From positions 107-64,106 of the forward strand of contig CALVUJ010000023.1 of the NCBI GenBank assembly GCA_944363575.1: DNA of 64,000 nt. The letters run 5' to 3'. Below are positions 1-9,805 of the stretch, one piece after another (position 1 is the first letter of the stretch; every line of letters begins with the position of its first letter). Source of the stretch: an uncultured Bacilli bacterium (GTDB taxonomy: Bacteria > Bacillota_I > Bacilli_A > RFN20 > DUOF01). A program made the position numbers and the translations under genes. The notes beneath the pieces were generated by a model. That model searched no databases, was not told the origin of the DNA, and saw nothing but the letters and a program-made list of their open reading frames with translations.

Positions 1-330
1 CCCTGCAGTTATAATGCTTTCTCTAATATCATCTTTTATTTCTTCATAACAAAAAATTTCCTGTTCATTATTATAAAAATTACGAATGTATATTTTTAAC
101 ATTACTAATAAATTAATTATTCCACGTAAAGAAATTGCACTAGATAAAAATATTATAGAATTGTAATTGCTTTTCCCATAAAGTGAAGGAACGAAACTAG
201 CATCTATTTTTAACCAACAAATTGCTGAATTCATGGCTAAAAGCATGAATATTTGTAATAAATTAGCAATAAAAAAAGGGCAAACAAAATTCACAAAAAG
301 ATACGCAACAAATTTCAATCCTTTCTTCAT
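1..330 (-). CDS. Membrane protein of unknown function, partial (runs off the left edge)
   Basis: ATG at 330 with GGAGTGAG RBS; open frame to position 1 (MKKGLKFVAYLFVNFVCPFFIANLLQIFMLLAM...), hydrophobic; not in ORF track. Confidence 0.7.
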   Translation of the reverse strand, partial: MKKGLKFVAYLFVNFVCPFFIANLLQIFMLLAMNSAICWLKIDASFVPSLYGKSNYNSIIFLSSAISLRGIINLLVMLKIYIRNFYNNEQEIFCYEEIKDDIRESIITAG

Positions 331-351
331 ACTACTCACTCCGCTAGGAAA

Positions 352-380
352 ATTTTATATAAGACATAAAAAATTGTCAA
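352..380 (-). promoter_or_regulatory. sigmaA promoter TTGACA-N17-TAAAAT
   Basis: TGTCAA at 375-380 and ATTTTA at 352-357 on + strand; the -35 overlaps the TGA stop of the upstream gene. Confidence 0.65.
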
Positions 381-1504
381 GAGTTATACAACTCCTGATT
401 AATGTTGCCGGTATTTACATCATTATTCTTTGATGTTTCCTTATTTATACAATAATTATTGTATAAACTCCAAAGACAGAATACAGGAACAATATTTTGT
501 CCTAAATTTACAAAATTTTCCGTTAGCCCATATACTAAAGCAACTACATAAAGAATTTTCAGTTCTATATTTTCCTCTTTTTTAAATGAAAAATAATAAA
601 ACATACTTACAATTATTAAAAATAAAATTCCATTCCTTATAAGTATATAAACAATTCGATTGTCACACCAAACCGCAGGTGCGTACCCATATAAAAGATG
701 CCATCCCGCATTTTTTAGATGATTATATAATGAACTAGGTCTTGCTGATAATAAATCATTTATTTCTGGCACTTCATGAAGAGCAACAACTAAGATTAGC
801 ACAATTACAGCATATATGAAGTAAGAATATTTAAAAACTTTTTTATTGAAAATAAAAGGAAATAATTTAGGGAATAGTTTGTTAATATCAGCGATTATCA
901 AGAAAAAAATCGTACATATAATTCCTGTTCTTGAGTCAGTTAACAAATATAAAGTAATACCAGTTGAGATAGTAAATACATTAAATATTATTTTATTTTT
1001 ATCAAGTAAATATAGAGCCATTAAAGCACCCATATAGTGTCTAAATATAACATTTGGATGGATAAATCCTAAGTGATATCTTATATCTGATGAATCTGTT
1101 CTTATATAGTGAGCCGTTGGCAATAATCCTAATAAATCTGCACATATTGTAAAAACAATCATACTTATAGAAGCTATTAAATAAATTCTTAAAAATGGTT
1201 CTTTTTTATCAACAAAAAGGATGGCTACAGTAAGGTAAATTAACACATCGGCGACATCTTTATGATAAAAAAATAATAAAGGGACTAGATACAACAAAAA
1301 CAGTTTTTTTCTTTTTTCTTTAGGGCAGTTATAGAATATATATATAATTGTGTATATTGCCACAATACTAGCTATGACGATGTATAATATTAAGATTGGT
1401 TTTATTCTTTTAAACATTGTTCCTTCTAAAAAATTAACTCCTAATAAAACTATCATTATAAAGATATCTTTCCACGTTTCTTTTTTTAACAATTTATCTA
1501 CCAT
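377..1504 (-). CDS. Wzy-like polysaccharide polymerase / O-antigen-ligase-like multi-pass membrane protein
   Basis: About 10 hydrophobic segments, motifs RYHLGFIHPN and LTDSRTG typical of Wzy/WaaL-like proteins; start set to ATG 1504 (GAGGAAG RBS). Confidence 0.65.
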   Translation of the reverse strand: MVDKLLKKETWKDIFIMIVLLGVNFLEGTMFKRIKPILILYIVIASIVAIYTIIYIFYNCPKEKRKKLFLLYLVPLLFFYHKDVADVLIYLTVAILFVDKKEPFLRIYLIASISMIVFTICADLLGLLPTAHYIRTDSSDIRYHLGFIHPNVIFRHYMGALMALYLLDKNKIIFNVFTISTGITLYLLTDSRTGIICTIFFLIIADINKLFPKLFPFIFNKKVFKYSYFIYAVIVLILVVALHEVPEINDLLSARPSSLYNHLKNAGWHLLYGYAPAVWCDNRIVYILIRNGILFLIIVSMFYYFSFKKEENIELKILYVVALVYGLTENFVNLGQNIVPVFCLWSLYNNYCINKETSKNNDVNTGNINQELYNS

Positions 1505-1617
1505 ACTACGCACTTCCTCAATCACTGTTTTTTAGTATATATGTTAATAAACTCTTTTTCAATTATTTTATTAACTTTTATATTATAAATAGGTATAATT
1601 GTACTGGTGAGATTATT

Positions 1618-2343
1618 ATGGAAAGACTACAAAAAGTTATTGCAAGAGCTGGAGTTTGTTCACGAAGAAAAGCTGAAGATTTAATTGTAAATGGCAAGGT
1701 TAAAGTAAATGGGGAAGTTGTTACTACTTTAGGAACAGTCGTTAGCGAAAAGGATAAAATATATGTAAATGGTAAACTTTTAAAGGATGAAAGTAAGGCT
1801 TATTATGTATTAAATAAAGCCCGTAATACCATTTCTTCTGTTAGTGATGAAAAGGGCAGAAAAACGGTTCTTGATGGCTTTGATGTAAAGAAAAGAATTT
1901 ATCCTGTTGGAAGACTTGATTTTGATACTACTGGCGTTTTACTTTTAACTAACGATGGAGAGTTAGCAAATGGTTTGTTACATCCTTCTAGCAATGTTAG
2001 CAAAGTGTATATTGCAACAATTGAAGGAAGTATTAGTGAAGATGAAAGGTTAAAATTAGAAGAAGGAGTAATGATTGATAATAAGAAAACTAGCCCTTGT
2101 GAAGTTACAATTAACAAAGTTAACGAAGAGAAAAATAAAACAATTGTTAAGTTAACTATTCATGAAGGAAGAAATCATCAAGTAAAAAAAATGTTTGAAG
2201 CTATAAATAAAAAAGTTTTAAAATTACATAGAGAGGAATTCGCGGGTATTTCTTCTAAAGGGTTATATGAAGGACAGCATCGTAAACTAACTTTTGAAGA
2301 AGTAAAATCATTAAAGAAATTAATAGAAAAAAAAGGCAAATAA
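1618..2343 (+). CDS. rluB: 23S rRNA pseudouridine synthase (RluB/RsuA family)
   Basis: S4 domain MERLQKVIARAGVCSRRKAE; catalytic VGRLDFDTTG; EGRNHQVKKM. Confidence 0.9.
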   Translation: MERLQKVIARAGVCSRRKAEDLIVNGKVKVNGEVVTTLGTVVSEKDKIYVNGKLLKDESKAYYVLNKARNTISSVSDEKGRKTVLDGFDVKKRIYPVGRLDFDTTGVLLLTNDGELANGLLHPSSNVSKVYIATIEGSISEDERLKLEEGVMIDNKKTSPCEVTINKVNEEKNKTIVKLTIHEGRNHQVKKMFEAINKKVLKLHREEFAGISSKGLYEGQHRKLTFEEVKSLKKLIEKKGK

Positions 2344-2352
2344 CTGCCTTTT
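2331..2352. terminator. Bidirectional intrinsic terminator overlapping the rluB stop
   Basis: AAAAGGCA-AATAAC-TGCCTTTT between convergent genes. Confidence 0.7.
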
Positions 2353-2605
2353 ATTCATTTATTATTATTTTGCCAAATATTTTATTTTTCTTTTTCTTAT
2401 TTATTAAGATAGAATTTTTACCATGTTTATTATAAACATCAAACCCTAACTTTCCTATATACATAGCAATAATTTCTACAGATACAGGTTCTATTTTTAA
2501 AATAGTGAGTGCAAACTCTTTTAAACTCATTTTCTTTTTGTCAAATATTTTTTTATCAAACGTTACTTTCTCTCTTTTATAATCAATTTTAAAACTAGTT
2601 TCCAT
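2351..2605 (-). CDS. Small basic hypothetical protein coupled to parB
   Basis: ATG 2605 with GAGGAAA RBS overlapping the parB 3' end; no family recognised. Confidence 0.6.
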   Translation of the reverse strand: METSFKIDYKREKVTFDKKIFDKKKMSLKEFALTILKIEPVSVEIIAMYIGKLGFDVYNKHGKNSILINKKKKNKIFGKIIINE

Positions 2606-3449
2606 TTTCCTCAAACATTTCCATTATCTTCTTTAAACTATTTTCATCTTTAAAATATATTTTTAATTCTCCATCTTTAATACGCACTCTTGATTTTAAC
2701 TTTTTATTTAAAACAGTAGATACATAATCGTAATAAGGATTACGCACCTTATCTTTTTTACGAACGTTTTTTCTTCCTTGTGCTAAATTAGCAAGATTTT
2801 CTACTTGCCTTGATGTATATCCATATTCAATCGTATCATTAGCTATTTTTAATGCTACAGATTCTTCTAAGTTAACAAGTGGCTTTACTTGCCCCATTGT
2901 TAATGCTCCATTTATAACATATTCTTGAATAACTTCAGGTAAATTAAGTAATCGCATGATGTTAGCTATATATGATCTAGATTTACCTACTTTTTGCCCA
3001 ATTTGTTCATGTGTTAGTCCTAAAGTATTCGCTAAATTTTCATATGCTCTTGCTTCTTCAATAACATTTAACCCTTCTCTTTGAACATTCTCTATAATGG
3101 ACATTTCCATCATTTGTTGGTCATTAAATTCCGCAACTAAAGCAGGTACTTTTTTTAATCCTGCTAAAACACTAGCCCTATATCTTCTTTCTCCTGCTAA
3201 AATTTGGTATTTCCCTTGATCTGTTTGTCTTACTAAAATAGGTGATATAACCCCATATGTTTTAATAGAATCTGCTAGTTCCTGCAACTTTACCTCATCA
3301 AATATTTTTCTAGGTTGATATGGGTTAGCTTCAACTAAATCAACATATATATCTTCTCTAACTGATTTTCCTGCTAAATTATTAATTCTTTCTACTTCTT
3401 TTAATTCTTCTCCTATATCAAACACATTAATTTTATTATAATTTTCCAT
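2595..3449 (-). CDS. parB: Chromosome partitioning protein ParB/Spo0J
   Basis: [16 protein letters not shown] CTPase motif, [25 protein letters not shown] (ParB-type rather than Noc); follows parA. Confidence 0.9.
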   Translation of the reverse strand: MENYNKINVFDIGEELKEVERINNLAGKSVREDIYVDLVEANPYQPRKIFDEVKLQELADSIKTYGVISPILVRQTDQGKYQILAGERRYRASVLAGLKKVPALVAEFNDQQMMEMSIIENVQREGLNVIEEARAYENLANTLGLTHEQIGQKVGKSRSYIANIMRLLNLPEVIQEYVINGALTMGQVKPLVNLEESVALKIANDTIEYGYTSRQVENLANLAQGRKNVRKKDKVRNPYYDYVSTVLNKKLKSRVRIKDGELKIYFKDENSLKKIMEMFEENGN

Positions 3450-4212
3450 AATTAATCACTTCCCTTGCTAAATTTATATATGCTTCGCCTACCGCACTTG
3501 ATCTCGCATATTCAATAATTGTTAAATTTTTCTTTTGTGCTTCTATAATCTTACTACTACGTGGAATTGCCGTATGGTATACTACACTATTTTTAAACAA
3601 CTGCCTTATTTCTTCTTCTATTTCTTTATTTATTTTATATTTTGAATCATACATATTTAAAACTATACCACTTACTGACAAATTTTTATTAAAAGAATTT
3701 TTTACCCTTCTAATTGAAGCATAAGCTTCTAAAAGACTTTCTTTTGAAAAATATTCACATAGAGATGGGACAATTACCTCATCACTAGCATTTAACACAT
3801 TTACATTTAAACCAATCGCAGGAGGACAATCGATTATTATATAATCGAATCCTTTTCTAACATCTTTAAGTTCATCTTTTAATCGAGAATAACGATCGTT
3901 TCCTTTGTAAATAGTGGCCATTTCAACATCTGCTCCTGCTAGCAACGGATTCGATGGTAAGAAGTAAAAGTTTCTAAGTTTCAATTCTCTAATTGCTTCT
4001 GTTGCGTGAATCTTGTCTACTAAAACATCATATAAAGTGTTATCTAAAGCGTACCTATCAAATCCTAAACCAATTGTTGCGTTACCTTGCGGATCAGCAT
4101 CTATTAACAATGTTTTCTTGCCCACATAAGCTAATGAGGCTGCTAAATTGATAGCTATAGTTGTCTTCCCCACTCCTCCTTTCTGATTTACAATCGCGAT
4201 TACCTTTGCCAT
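3436..4212 (-). CDS. parA: ParA/Soj ATPase
   Basis: [10 protein letters not shown] deviant Walker [16 protein letters not shown]. Confidence 0.92.
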   Translation of the reverse strand: MAKVIAIVNQKGGVGKTTIAINLAASLAYVGKKTLLIDADPQGNATIGLGFDRYALDNTLYDVLVDKIHATEAIRELKLRNFYFLPSNPLLAGADVEMATIYKGNDRYSRLKDELKDVRKGFDYIIIDCPPAIGLNVNVLNASDEVIVPSLCEYFSKESLLEAYASIRRVKNSFNKNLSVSGIVLNMYDSKYKINKEIEEEIRQLFKNSVVYHTAIPRSSKIIEAQKKNLTIIEYARSSAVGEAYINLAREVINYGKL

Positions 4213-4225
4213 AATATCATCTCCT

Positions 4226-4930
4226 TTATAGTGGCTTCTTTTTCATTTTATTATATTCACGCGGATATTTTTCTGGAGTGTAATCTAATTTTTGATAAAT
4301 AAGATTATATCTTTTCCCAAAACTCATTGGTAAGATTACTTTTTGTTTTTCTATTAAATCTAATTTTAATTCTTTACAAGCATTATCACATTCGATAGCT
4401 TCTTCTTTAGCTAGAGGTCCTTTCATCGCAATAAACTTCCCTCCAACTTTAACTAATGGCGATGATAATTCCATCAAAACATTTAAACGTGAAACTGCTC
4501 TTGCTGTAACATAATCATATTCTTCACGATGCTCCTTGCCATAATCTTCTGCCCTAGCTACAACTACTTCAATATCTTTTAACCCTAATTCTTTTATTAC
4601 AAGTTTTACAAAGTCCATTCTCTTGTTCATTGAATCTAATACAGTTACTTTTAACTCAGGAAAAGCTATCTTTAAAGGAATAGAAGGAAAACCTGCTCCT
4701 GCTCCTACATCACATAATGTTTTACCTTTAAAATCATTAACAAATGATAATGTCAAACAATCATAAAAATGTTTTTCATAAACGTCATTTTTTTGAATAA
4801 TACTAGTTAAATTTAGTTTCTCATTCCATATTTGTAACAACTCTAAATATTTGTGAAATTGATTCATTTGTTCTTCTGTTAAAATAACATTATTTTCTTC
4901 TAATAAATTTTTAAATTGCTCTTCATTCAT
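4226..4930 (-). CDS. rsmG: 16S rRNA m7G527 methyltransferase
   Basis: [29 protein letters not shown]; follows mnmG. Confidence 0.93.
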   Translation of the reverse strand: MNEEQFKNLLEENNVILTEEQMNQFHKYLELLQIWNEKLNLTSIIQKNDVYEKHFYDCLTLSFVNDFKGKTLCDVGAGAGFPSIPLKIAFPELKVTVLDSMNKRMDFVKLVIKELGLKDIEVVVARAEDYGKEHREEYDYVTARAVSRLNVLMELSSPLVKVGGKFIAMKGPLAKEEAIECDNACKELKLDLIEKQKVILPMSFGKRYNLIYQKLDYTPEKYPREYNKMKKKPL

Positions 4931-4931
4931 A

Positions 4932-6788
4932 TTAATTACTCCCTTTCCTTTTCAAGTATAACAATAAAATAGATATATCACTAGGATTTACCCCCGATAT
5001 TCTAGAAGCTTGTCCAATATTTAATGGCTTAATTTGATTTAATTTTTGCCTTGCTTCTAATGCTAGGTTTTCAATCAAATTATAATTGGTATTTGTATCT
5101 AACTTTAGATATTCCATCTTTTTAAATACTTGAGCTTCTTTTTGCTGTTTAGCAATATACCCTTCATATTTTATTTGTATTTGAACTTCTTCTAAAACTT
5201 CTTTATCATAATTTAAAGAATTAAGTAATTCTTTTATTTCTAGAATATTAACATCTTGTCTCTTTAATAACTCATCTGCCGTAACACTAGTTTCAATAAA
5301 AATATTTTTATTTTCACATAGTTTTTTAGCTACATAATCGCCTCTTTTTATTTTTATTTCTTTTAATTCATCTTTACATCTTTCAATATCTTTTCTCTTT
5401 TTAATAAACTCTTGATATCTTTCTTCACTCACTAATCCCGCTTTATATCCTTGTTCTGTTAGTCTTAAATCTGCATTATCATGTCTTAACAACAATCGGT
5501 ATTCCGCTCTTGAGGTGAGTAATCTATATGGTTCCTTTGTTCCTTTAGTAACTAAATCATCAATCATTACTCCAATATAAGCTTCATCTCTTCCTAAAAT
5601 TATCGGTTCTTTATTTCTTATTTTTAAGGATGCATTAAGACCGGCGATTAACCCTTGGGCAGCTGCTTCTTCATATCCTGATGTTCCATTTATTTGCCCC
5701 GCAGTGTATAAATTAGCAATAATTTTATTTTCTAGTGTTGGCCAGATCTGTAAAGAATTAATGGCATCATACTCTATAGCATACGCATATTTTTTTACTC
5801 TTGCGTTTTCAAAGCCTGGCAAAGAATGAATCATTTCTAATTGAACATCTTCTGGCATAGAGGTTGAAAAACCTTGTAAATAAACAGTATCTAAAGAAAG
5901 TGATTCCGGTTCGATGAATAGTTGATGTTGTTCTTTTTCATTAAAACGCACTATTTTATCTTCGATTGAAGGGCAATAACGTGGCCCCACACCTTCTACT
6001 ACACCTCCATACATCGCCGATTTTTCTAAATTACTTTCAATTATTTTTTTCGTTTTATCCGTTGTATGTATCAAGTAACACATTTCTTGATCTTCTAATT
6101 TTTTATACTCTGATGTTGTGTATGAAAAAGCTAATTCTTCATCCGTTCCTGGTTGCTCTTCCATTTTACTAAAATCAACACTATCACGATATATCCTAGG
6201 AGGAGTACCCGTTTTAAGTCTTAAAATTTCAATTCCTAATTCTTTTAAATGATTAGACAAACCGTAAGCACCTTTTTCTCCATCTGGTCCTTGTTTTTTA
6301 CTATTATGCCCTATTAATATTTTAGCTTCTAAATAAGTTCCTGTTGTTAATATAACGGCTTTAGAATAGTATTCTTTTTCATTAACAATTACACCTTTGC
6401 AAACTTTATCTTCTACTATTAACTTAGTAGCACACCCTTCTACTACCTCAACATTTTTATCTTCTAAGATAATATCTCTCATCATATCTTTATAATCTAA
6501 TTTATCACTTTGCGCCCTCAAGCATCTAACTCCTGGGCCTTTCGCCGTATTAAGCATTTTCATTTGTAAATAGGTTTTATCTGCAGTAATAGCCATTTGT
6601 CCTCCTAAAGCATCAATCTCTCTTACTACAACACCTTTCGCAGGGCCTCCAATTGATGGGTTACAAGGCATACTAGCAATGTTGTTAATGTTTAAAGTAA
6701 CAAGCAAAACTTTTAGACCAGTTCTTGAACAGGCTAACGTTGCTTCTACTCCCGCATGTCCTCCTCCAACAACAATTACATCGTACAT
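4932..6788 (-). CDS. mnmG: tRNA uridine 5-carboxymethylaminomethyl modification enzyme MnmG/GidA
   Basis: GGGHAG FAD motif, MPCNPSIGGPAKG, GPRYCPSIEDK, AGQINGTSGYEEAAAQG; start ATG 6788 after GAGGTG. Confidence 0.97.
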   Translation of the reverse strand: MYDVIVVGGGHAGVEATLACSRTGLKVLLVTLNINNIASMPCNPSIGGPAKGVVVREIDALGGQMAITADKTYLQMKMLNTAKGPGVRCLRAQSDKLDYKDMMRDIILEDKNVEVVEGCATKLIVEDKVCKGVIVNEKEYYSKAVILTTGTYLEAKILIGHNSKKQGPDGEKGAYGLSNHLKELGIEILRLKTGTPPRIYRDSVDFSKMEEQPGTDEELAFSYTTSEYKKLEDQEMCYLIHTTDKTKKIIESNLEKSAMYGGVVEGVGPRYCPSIEDKIVRFNEKEQHQLFIEPESLSLDTVYLQGFSTSMPEDVQLEMIHSLPGFENARVKKYAYAIEYDAINSLQIWPTLENKIIANLYTAGQINGTSGYEEAAAQGLIAGLNASLKIRNKEPIILGRDEAYIGVMIDDLVTKGTKEPYRLLTSRAEYRLLLRHDNADLRLTEQGYKAGLVSEERYQEFIKKRKDIERCKDELKEIKIKRGDYVAKKLCENKNIFIETSVTADELLKRQDVNILEIKELLNSLNYDKEVLEEVQIQIKYEGYIAKQQKEAQVFKKMEYLKLDTNTNYNLIENLALEARQKLNQIKPLNIGQASRISGVNPSDISILLLYLKRKGSN

Positions 6789-6810
6789 CTTTTTCACCTC
6801 TTACATTTTG

Positions 6811-6839
6811 ATTATATACTCTAAATTTAAGGGTGTCAA
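6811..6839 (-). promoter_or_regulatory. Consensus sigmaA promoter of the mnmG-rsmG-parA-parB operon
   Basis: TTGACA (6834-6839) - N17 - TATAAT (6811-6816) on minus strand. Confidence 0.85.
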
Positions 6840-6847
6840 TTAATTGA

Positions 6848-6863
6848 AGTTTCACATGAAACA
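6848..6863. promoter_or_regulatory. parS site
   Basis: AGTTTCACATGAAACA, 14/16 match to TGTTTCACGTGAAACA; identical to the copy at 38102-38117 (opposite strand). Confidence 0.85.
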
Positions 6864-6880
6864 AAATTTATTTTTTATAT

Positions 6881-6910
6881 AAAAAAAGGAGAAACTTATA
6901 CGTTTTCTCC
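6881..6910 (-). terminator. Intrinsic terminator after the alpha/beta hydrolase
   Basis: GGAGAAAAC-loop-GTTTCTCC followed by T-run on minus strand. Confidence 0.7.
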
Positions 6911-6918
6911 ATAAAATG

Positions 6919-8004
6919 TTATTCTTTTAATTCAGTGTTTAGCCTTAATTCATCTTCTGGCTCTTCTTCTTCCAAGTTACTAGAAGACCAACTACTTACA
7001 TGCTCTACTGGTGTTTTTATTTGCTCAATTTGCTTTTTATCGTTAGGTTTATAATTTATTGTATATGTAGGCTCGCTACTATGAAGAATATTTTCATCAA
7101 TCCAATTTGCTATATCCCTAGCAACTTCTTCCTTATTCCACTCTAATAAAACATCATGTCTAGAATTAGGATAAATCTTCGTACTTACATTTTCAAAATT
7201 CTTATGATCATAATATCTTGCTAGTGCTTCCACCTTTTTCCCACGCATCGTAATGTAATCTTCTTTACCACCTAGCAAAAGAATCGGTGTAGAACGATTA
7301 ACATCTTTTAATTTAACTAGGTAAGGAGTACTAACGATGTATTTGTATTGATAATAGTAATATGCTATTGTACAAACATAGCCAGATAAAGGATCTTCAA
7401 TAAAACGATCTACTTCTTCAGGAACACTATTTAGCCAATCATACTTTGTTCTATTTGGTCTATAGTGATAATTTAAAAATCTTGTCTTTCTTTTGAAAGT
7501 ACCCTTACTCATATTATTATCATATAACAAAACCTTTTTTAACCAAACAGTGAAAAATACCCACCAATCTCTACGTGATGGCATCCCACAAGAAGAAATA
7601 ATTACACCATCTACAGAATTCTCAAACTTACCCATCATATATTGAGCCATCGTTCCTCCGTAATCATGCCCTAATAAAATAACAGGCTTATTAGGATGTG
7701 TCCTTTTAATGACATCCACTAAATAATAAGCATTATACGTTGATAAATGAAAATCATCTTTTTTCCATTTTCCCAAATCTTCTTTTTTATCTAAAACAGT
7801 TAACCCGTGTCCTATATGATCAATTGCATACATAGCATACCCATGTCTTGCTAACTCATTACCAAAAGATTCGTATCTTCCTCCATGTCCTTCCGCTCCA
7901 TGCAAAACCAAAACAACACCTTTTACATCATTAAAATTTTCTGGCAAGCAAACATGGTAAAAAAAACTTTTTAAATTTGGTCCTACACCTCTAATTGTCT
8001 TCAT
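6919..8004 (-). CDS. Alpha/beta hydrolase, lysophospholipase/monoacylglycerol lipase family, nucleophile motif GHDYG
   Basis: LHGAEGHGGRY, AIDHIGHG, GHDYGG, GGKED, SRHDVL; start ATG 8004 after GAGGTG. Confidence 0.8.
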   Translation of the reverse strand: MKTIRGVGPNLKSFFYHVCLPENFNDVKGVVLVLHGAEGHGGRYESFGNELARHGYAMYAIDHIGHGLTVLDKKEDLGKWKKDDFHLSTYNAYYLVDVIKRTHPNKPVILLGHDYGGTMAQYMMGKFENSVDGVIISSCGMPSRRDWWVFFTVWLKKVLLYDNNMSKGTFKRKTRFLNYHYRPNRTKYDWLNSVPEEVDRFIEDPLSGYVCTIAYYYYQYKYIVSTPYLVKLKDVNRSTPILLLGGKEDYITMRGKKVEALARYYDHKNFENVSTKIYPNSRHDVLLEWNKEEVARDIANWIDENILHSSEPTYTINYKPNDKKQIEQIKTPVEHVSSWSSSNLEEEEPEDELRLNTELKE

Positions 8005-8102
8005 CAAAAAAAACACCTCACTAACGCTATTTTTATCTTAACACATTAAAATTGTTTTTTCAATTTATATTTATTAAGCCTATCTTAAAAAATTATTGTT
8101 TA

Positions 8103-8134
8103 AACAAAAAAAGCACTAAATCAGTGCTTTTTGT
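8103..8134 (-). terminator. Intrinsic terminator after the lipoprotein gene
   Basis: AAAAAGCACT-AAATC-AGTGCTTTTT hairpin with T tract. Confidence 0.75.
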
Positions 8135-8154
8135 TATTCTTTTACTAGCTGAAT

Positions 8155-9663
8155 TTACTCTGTTGTCTCTGGAACAACATAAGTATAAACAACTTTATAA
8201 ATTCTTTGATCTTCACATTGTATGCTAGTTACACCAGTTCCTTGTTCTACTCCATCTACTGTTATTGTTGTCCAAGGAGTACCTGTTTGATACTCAGTTT
8301 CAAAAGTATAAGTAGGACTTGTAGCTATATCTACTATCGTTGTTCCGCTATAAATAATTGATTCAGAACCACTTGTTTCCGTATTTTTTTCTACTATAAC
8401 TAAAGCTTTACCTTGAGTTGGTACTACTTTAGCATATAGCCTAACATCATATGAAGGTGCCTTTGTTTCTCCACTAATCACAAATTCTTTAGTCATTTCT
8501 TCGTCATAATAAAACTTAATCGTTACATCCTCAGTTTGAAGACCTAAAGAGTTATAAAAATTAGTGGTTAATGAACTAATACTATCTTCATAGCTATACC
8601 CATAACTTCGACCTTCTTCCTCATCAAGAATATCTGAATGGATACTATAACCCATGTATTTTTGACTTGCTACTTCATCTTCAAACAATGCTAATTCAGC
8701 AGCAGTAAGTTTGATATCTTCTTTATATACTTTAGTCATAGATTGTTCCGCAACTATAACCATATTCGTTTTTGCAGTAATATTTTTTCCTGAGCTAGGG
8801 TCTAATACTTGTGTATCAAATGTCATATTTGAAGACATTGTAATTTTTTCAAAGCCTTCTTCTGTAAAATATGCTTTAGCTTCTATTTCTAAACCTGAAA
8901 CTGTCATAAAACTTTCTGTGCTATTACCCTGAGAAGCAAAAACCATATTCACACTAAATACCCATTTCTCTCCTTCTTTAGAAAAAGCTAAGGTTTTTTG
9001 AACCCCAGGAACTTCAGATTCTGTTCCATAAATACTCTCCACCATTTCACCAAGTTCAAAATAAATTAACAAATCTTCCATTTTCTCAACTTCATCTATG
9101 CTATTCTCTGGAATTCCTGATAAATAACTACTATCCCAAATCGTTCCATCAAAGAATACTTCTTTTCCATGCTCTGGAGATACAAAGTATACGTCTTCAA
9201 ATGGATATCCATCATTTTCATGATGCTCATATAATTTGTAAACATCCCCCTCTTTAACAATTTGATAATAACCTGTTAACTCCTCAACATCTTGAACAGT
9301 CTCGTACTTTCTTTCAGTAAGTTCTCCTGTTTCTATATCTATTGTTGTTATTGTACGTTGCTCTTCTTGTTGTGTAAGATCTTCAATTGAATCTCCTTCT
9401 TCAAGAAATCCACTAATTTCATCTTCAGTAAGTTTCCTGTCCCCTTCATAATAACTAATAGTAGTTGTCATTTTTGACTTTTGTTCAACTGTTTTGTCCC
9501 CATTATACGTTTCTGTTGCTTTGCCTGCTTTCTTTATTTCGGTTAGCCCCATCTCGTTAAGTTCTTTTTGAGTAGGTTCTTTGTCACAACTACAAGCTAC
9601 AGAAAAGAACATACATGGAAGCACCAAAGCAGCCATCATCAATCCTTTTAAAAACTTTTTCAT
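8155..9663 (-). CDS. Acidic lipoprotein of unknown function with a C-terminal InlB B-repeat-like segment
   Basis: ATG 9663 after AAGGAG; MKKFLKGLMMAALVLPCMFFSVA-CSC signal/lipobox; FYYDEEMTKEF...DVRLYAK resembles Listeria-Bacteroides repeat. Confidence 0.7.
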   Translation of the reverse strand: MKKFLKGLMMAALVLPCMFFSVACSCDKEPTQKELNEMGLTEIKKAGKATETYNGDKTVEQKSKMTTTISYYEGDRKLTEDEISGFLEEGDSIEDLTQQEEQRTITTIDIETGELTERKYETVQDVEELTGYYQIVKEGDVYKLYEHHENDGYPFEDVYFVSPEHGKEVFFDGTIWDSSYLSGIPENSIDEVEKMEDLLIYFELGEMVESIYGTESEVPGVQKTLAFSKEGEKWVFSVNMVFASQGNSTESFMTVSGLEIEAKAYFTEEGFEKITMSSNMTFDTQVLDPSSGKNITAKTNMVIVAEQSMTKVYKEDIKLTAAELALFEDEVASQKYMGYSIHSDILDEEEGRSYGYSYEDSISSLTTNFYNSLGLQTEDVTIKFYYDEEMTKEFVISGETKAPSYDVRLYAKVVPTQGKALVIVEKNTETSGSESIIYSGTTIVDIATSPTYTFETEYQTGTPWTTITVDGVEQGTGVTSIQCEDQRIYKVVYTYVVPETTE

Positions 9664-9728
9664 AATTTTGCTCCTTTCATTTTTATATAATAATGTTACC
9701 AAAAAATAAAATTCTTTTAAAGATTTTG

Positions 9729-9742
9729 GCATAATATTATGC
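9729..9742. promoter_or_regulatory. Perfect 14-bp palindrome, possible operator between divergent genes
   Basis: GCATAATATTATGC. Confidence 0.35.
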
Positions 9743-9758
9743 ATATTAATCAATGTTT

Positions 9759-9787
9759 GAATTAAAAAAATTTTTTTAAGAATAATA
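9759..9787 (+). promoter_or_regulatory. Putative sigmaG-like promoter of the spoVT-like gene
   Basis: GAATT-N17-AATAATA versus consensus GHATR-N17/18-MAWAMTA; AT-rich background lowers confidence. Confidence 0.35.
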
Positions 9788-9805
9788 TTAACGAGGAGAT
9801 TTTAA

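Noticed and set aside
2595-3449. Noc rather than ParB
   Set aside because: The HTH has KSRS..AN and a TMG motif (ParB-type) rather than the Noc GQST..NK/ERHAR pattern, and the gene follows parA.
4481-4496. Third parS-like sequence in rsmG (AGTTTCACGTTTAAAT on minus strand)
   Set aside because: Only one half-site matches; too degenerate to call.
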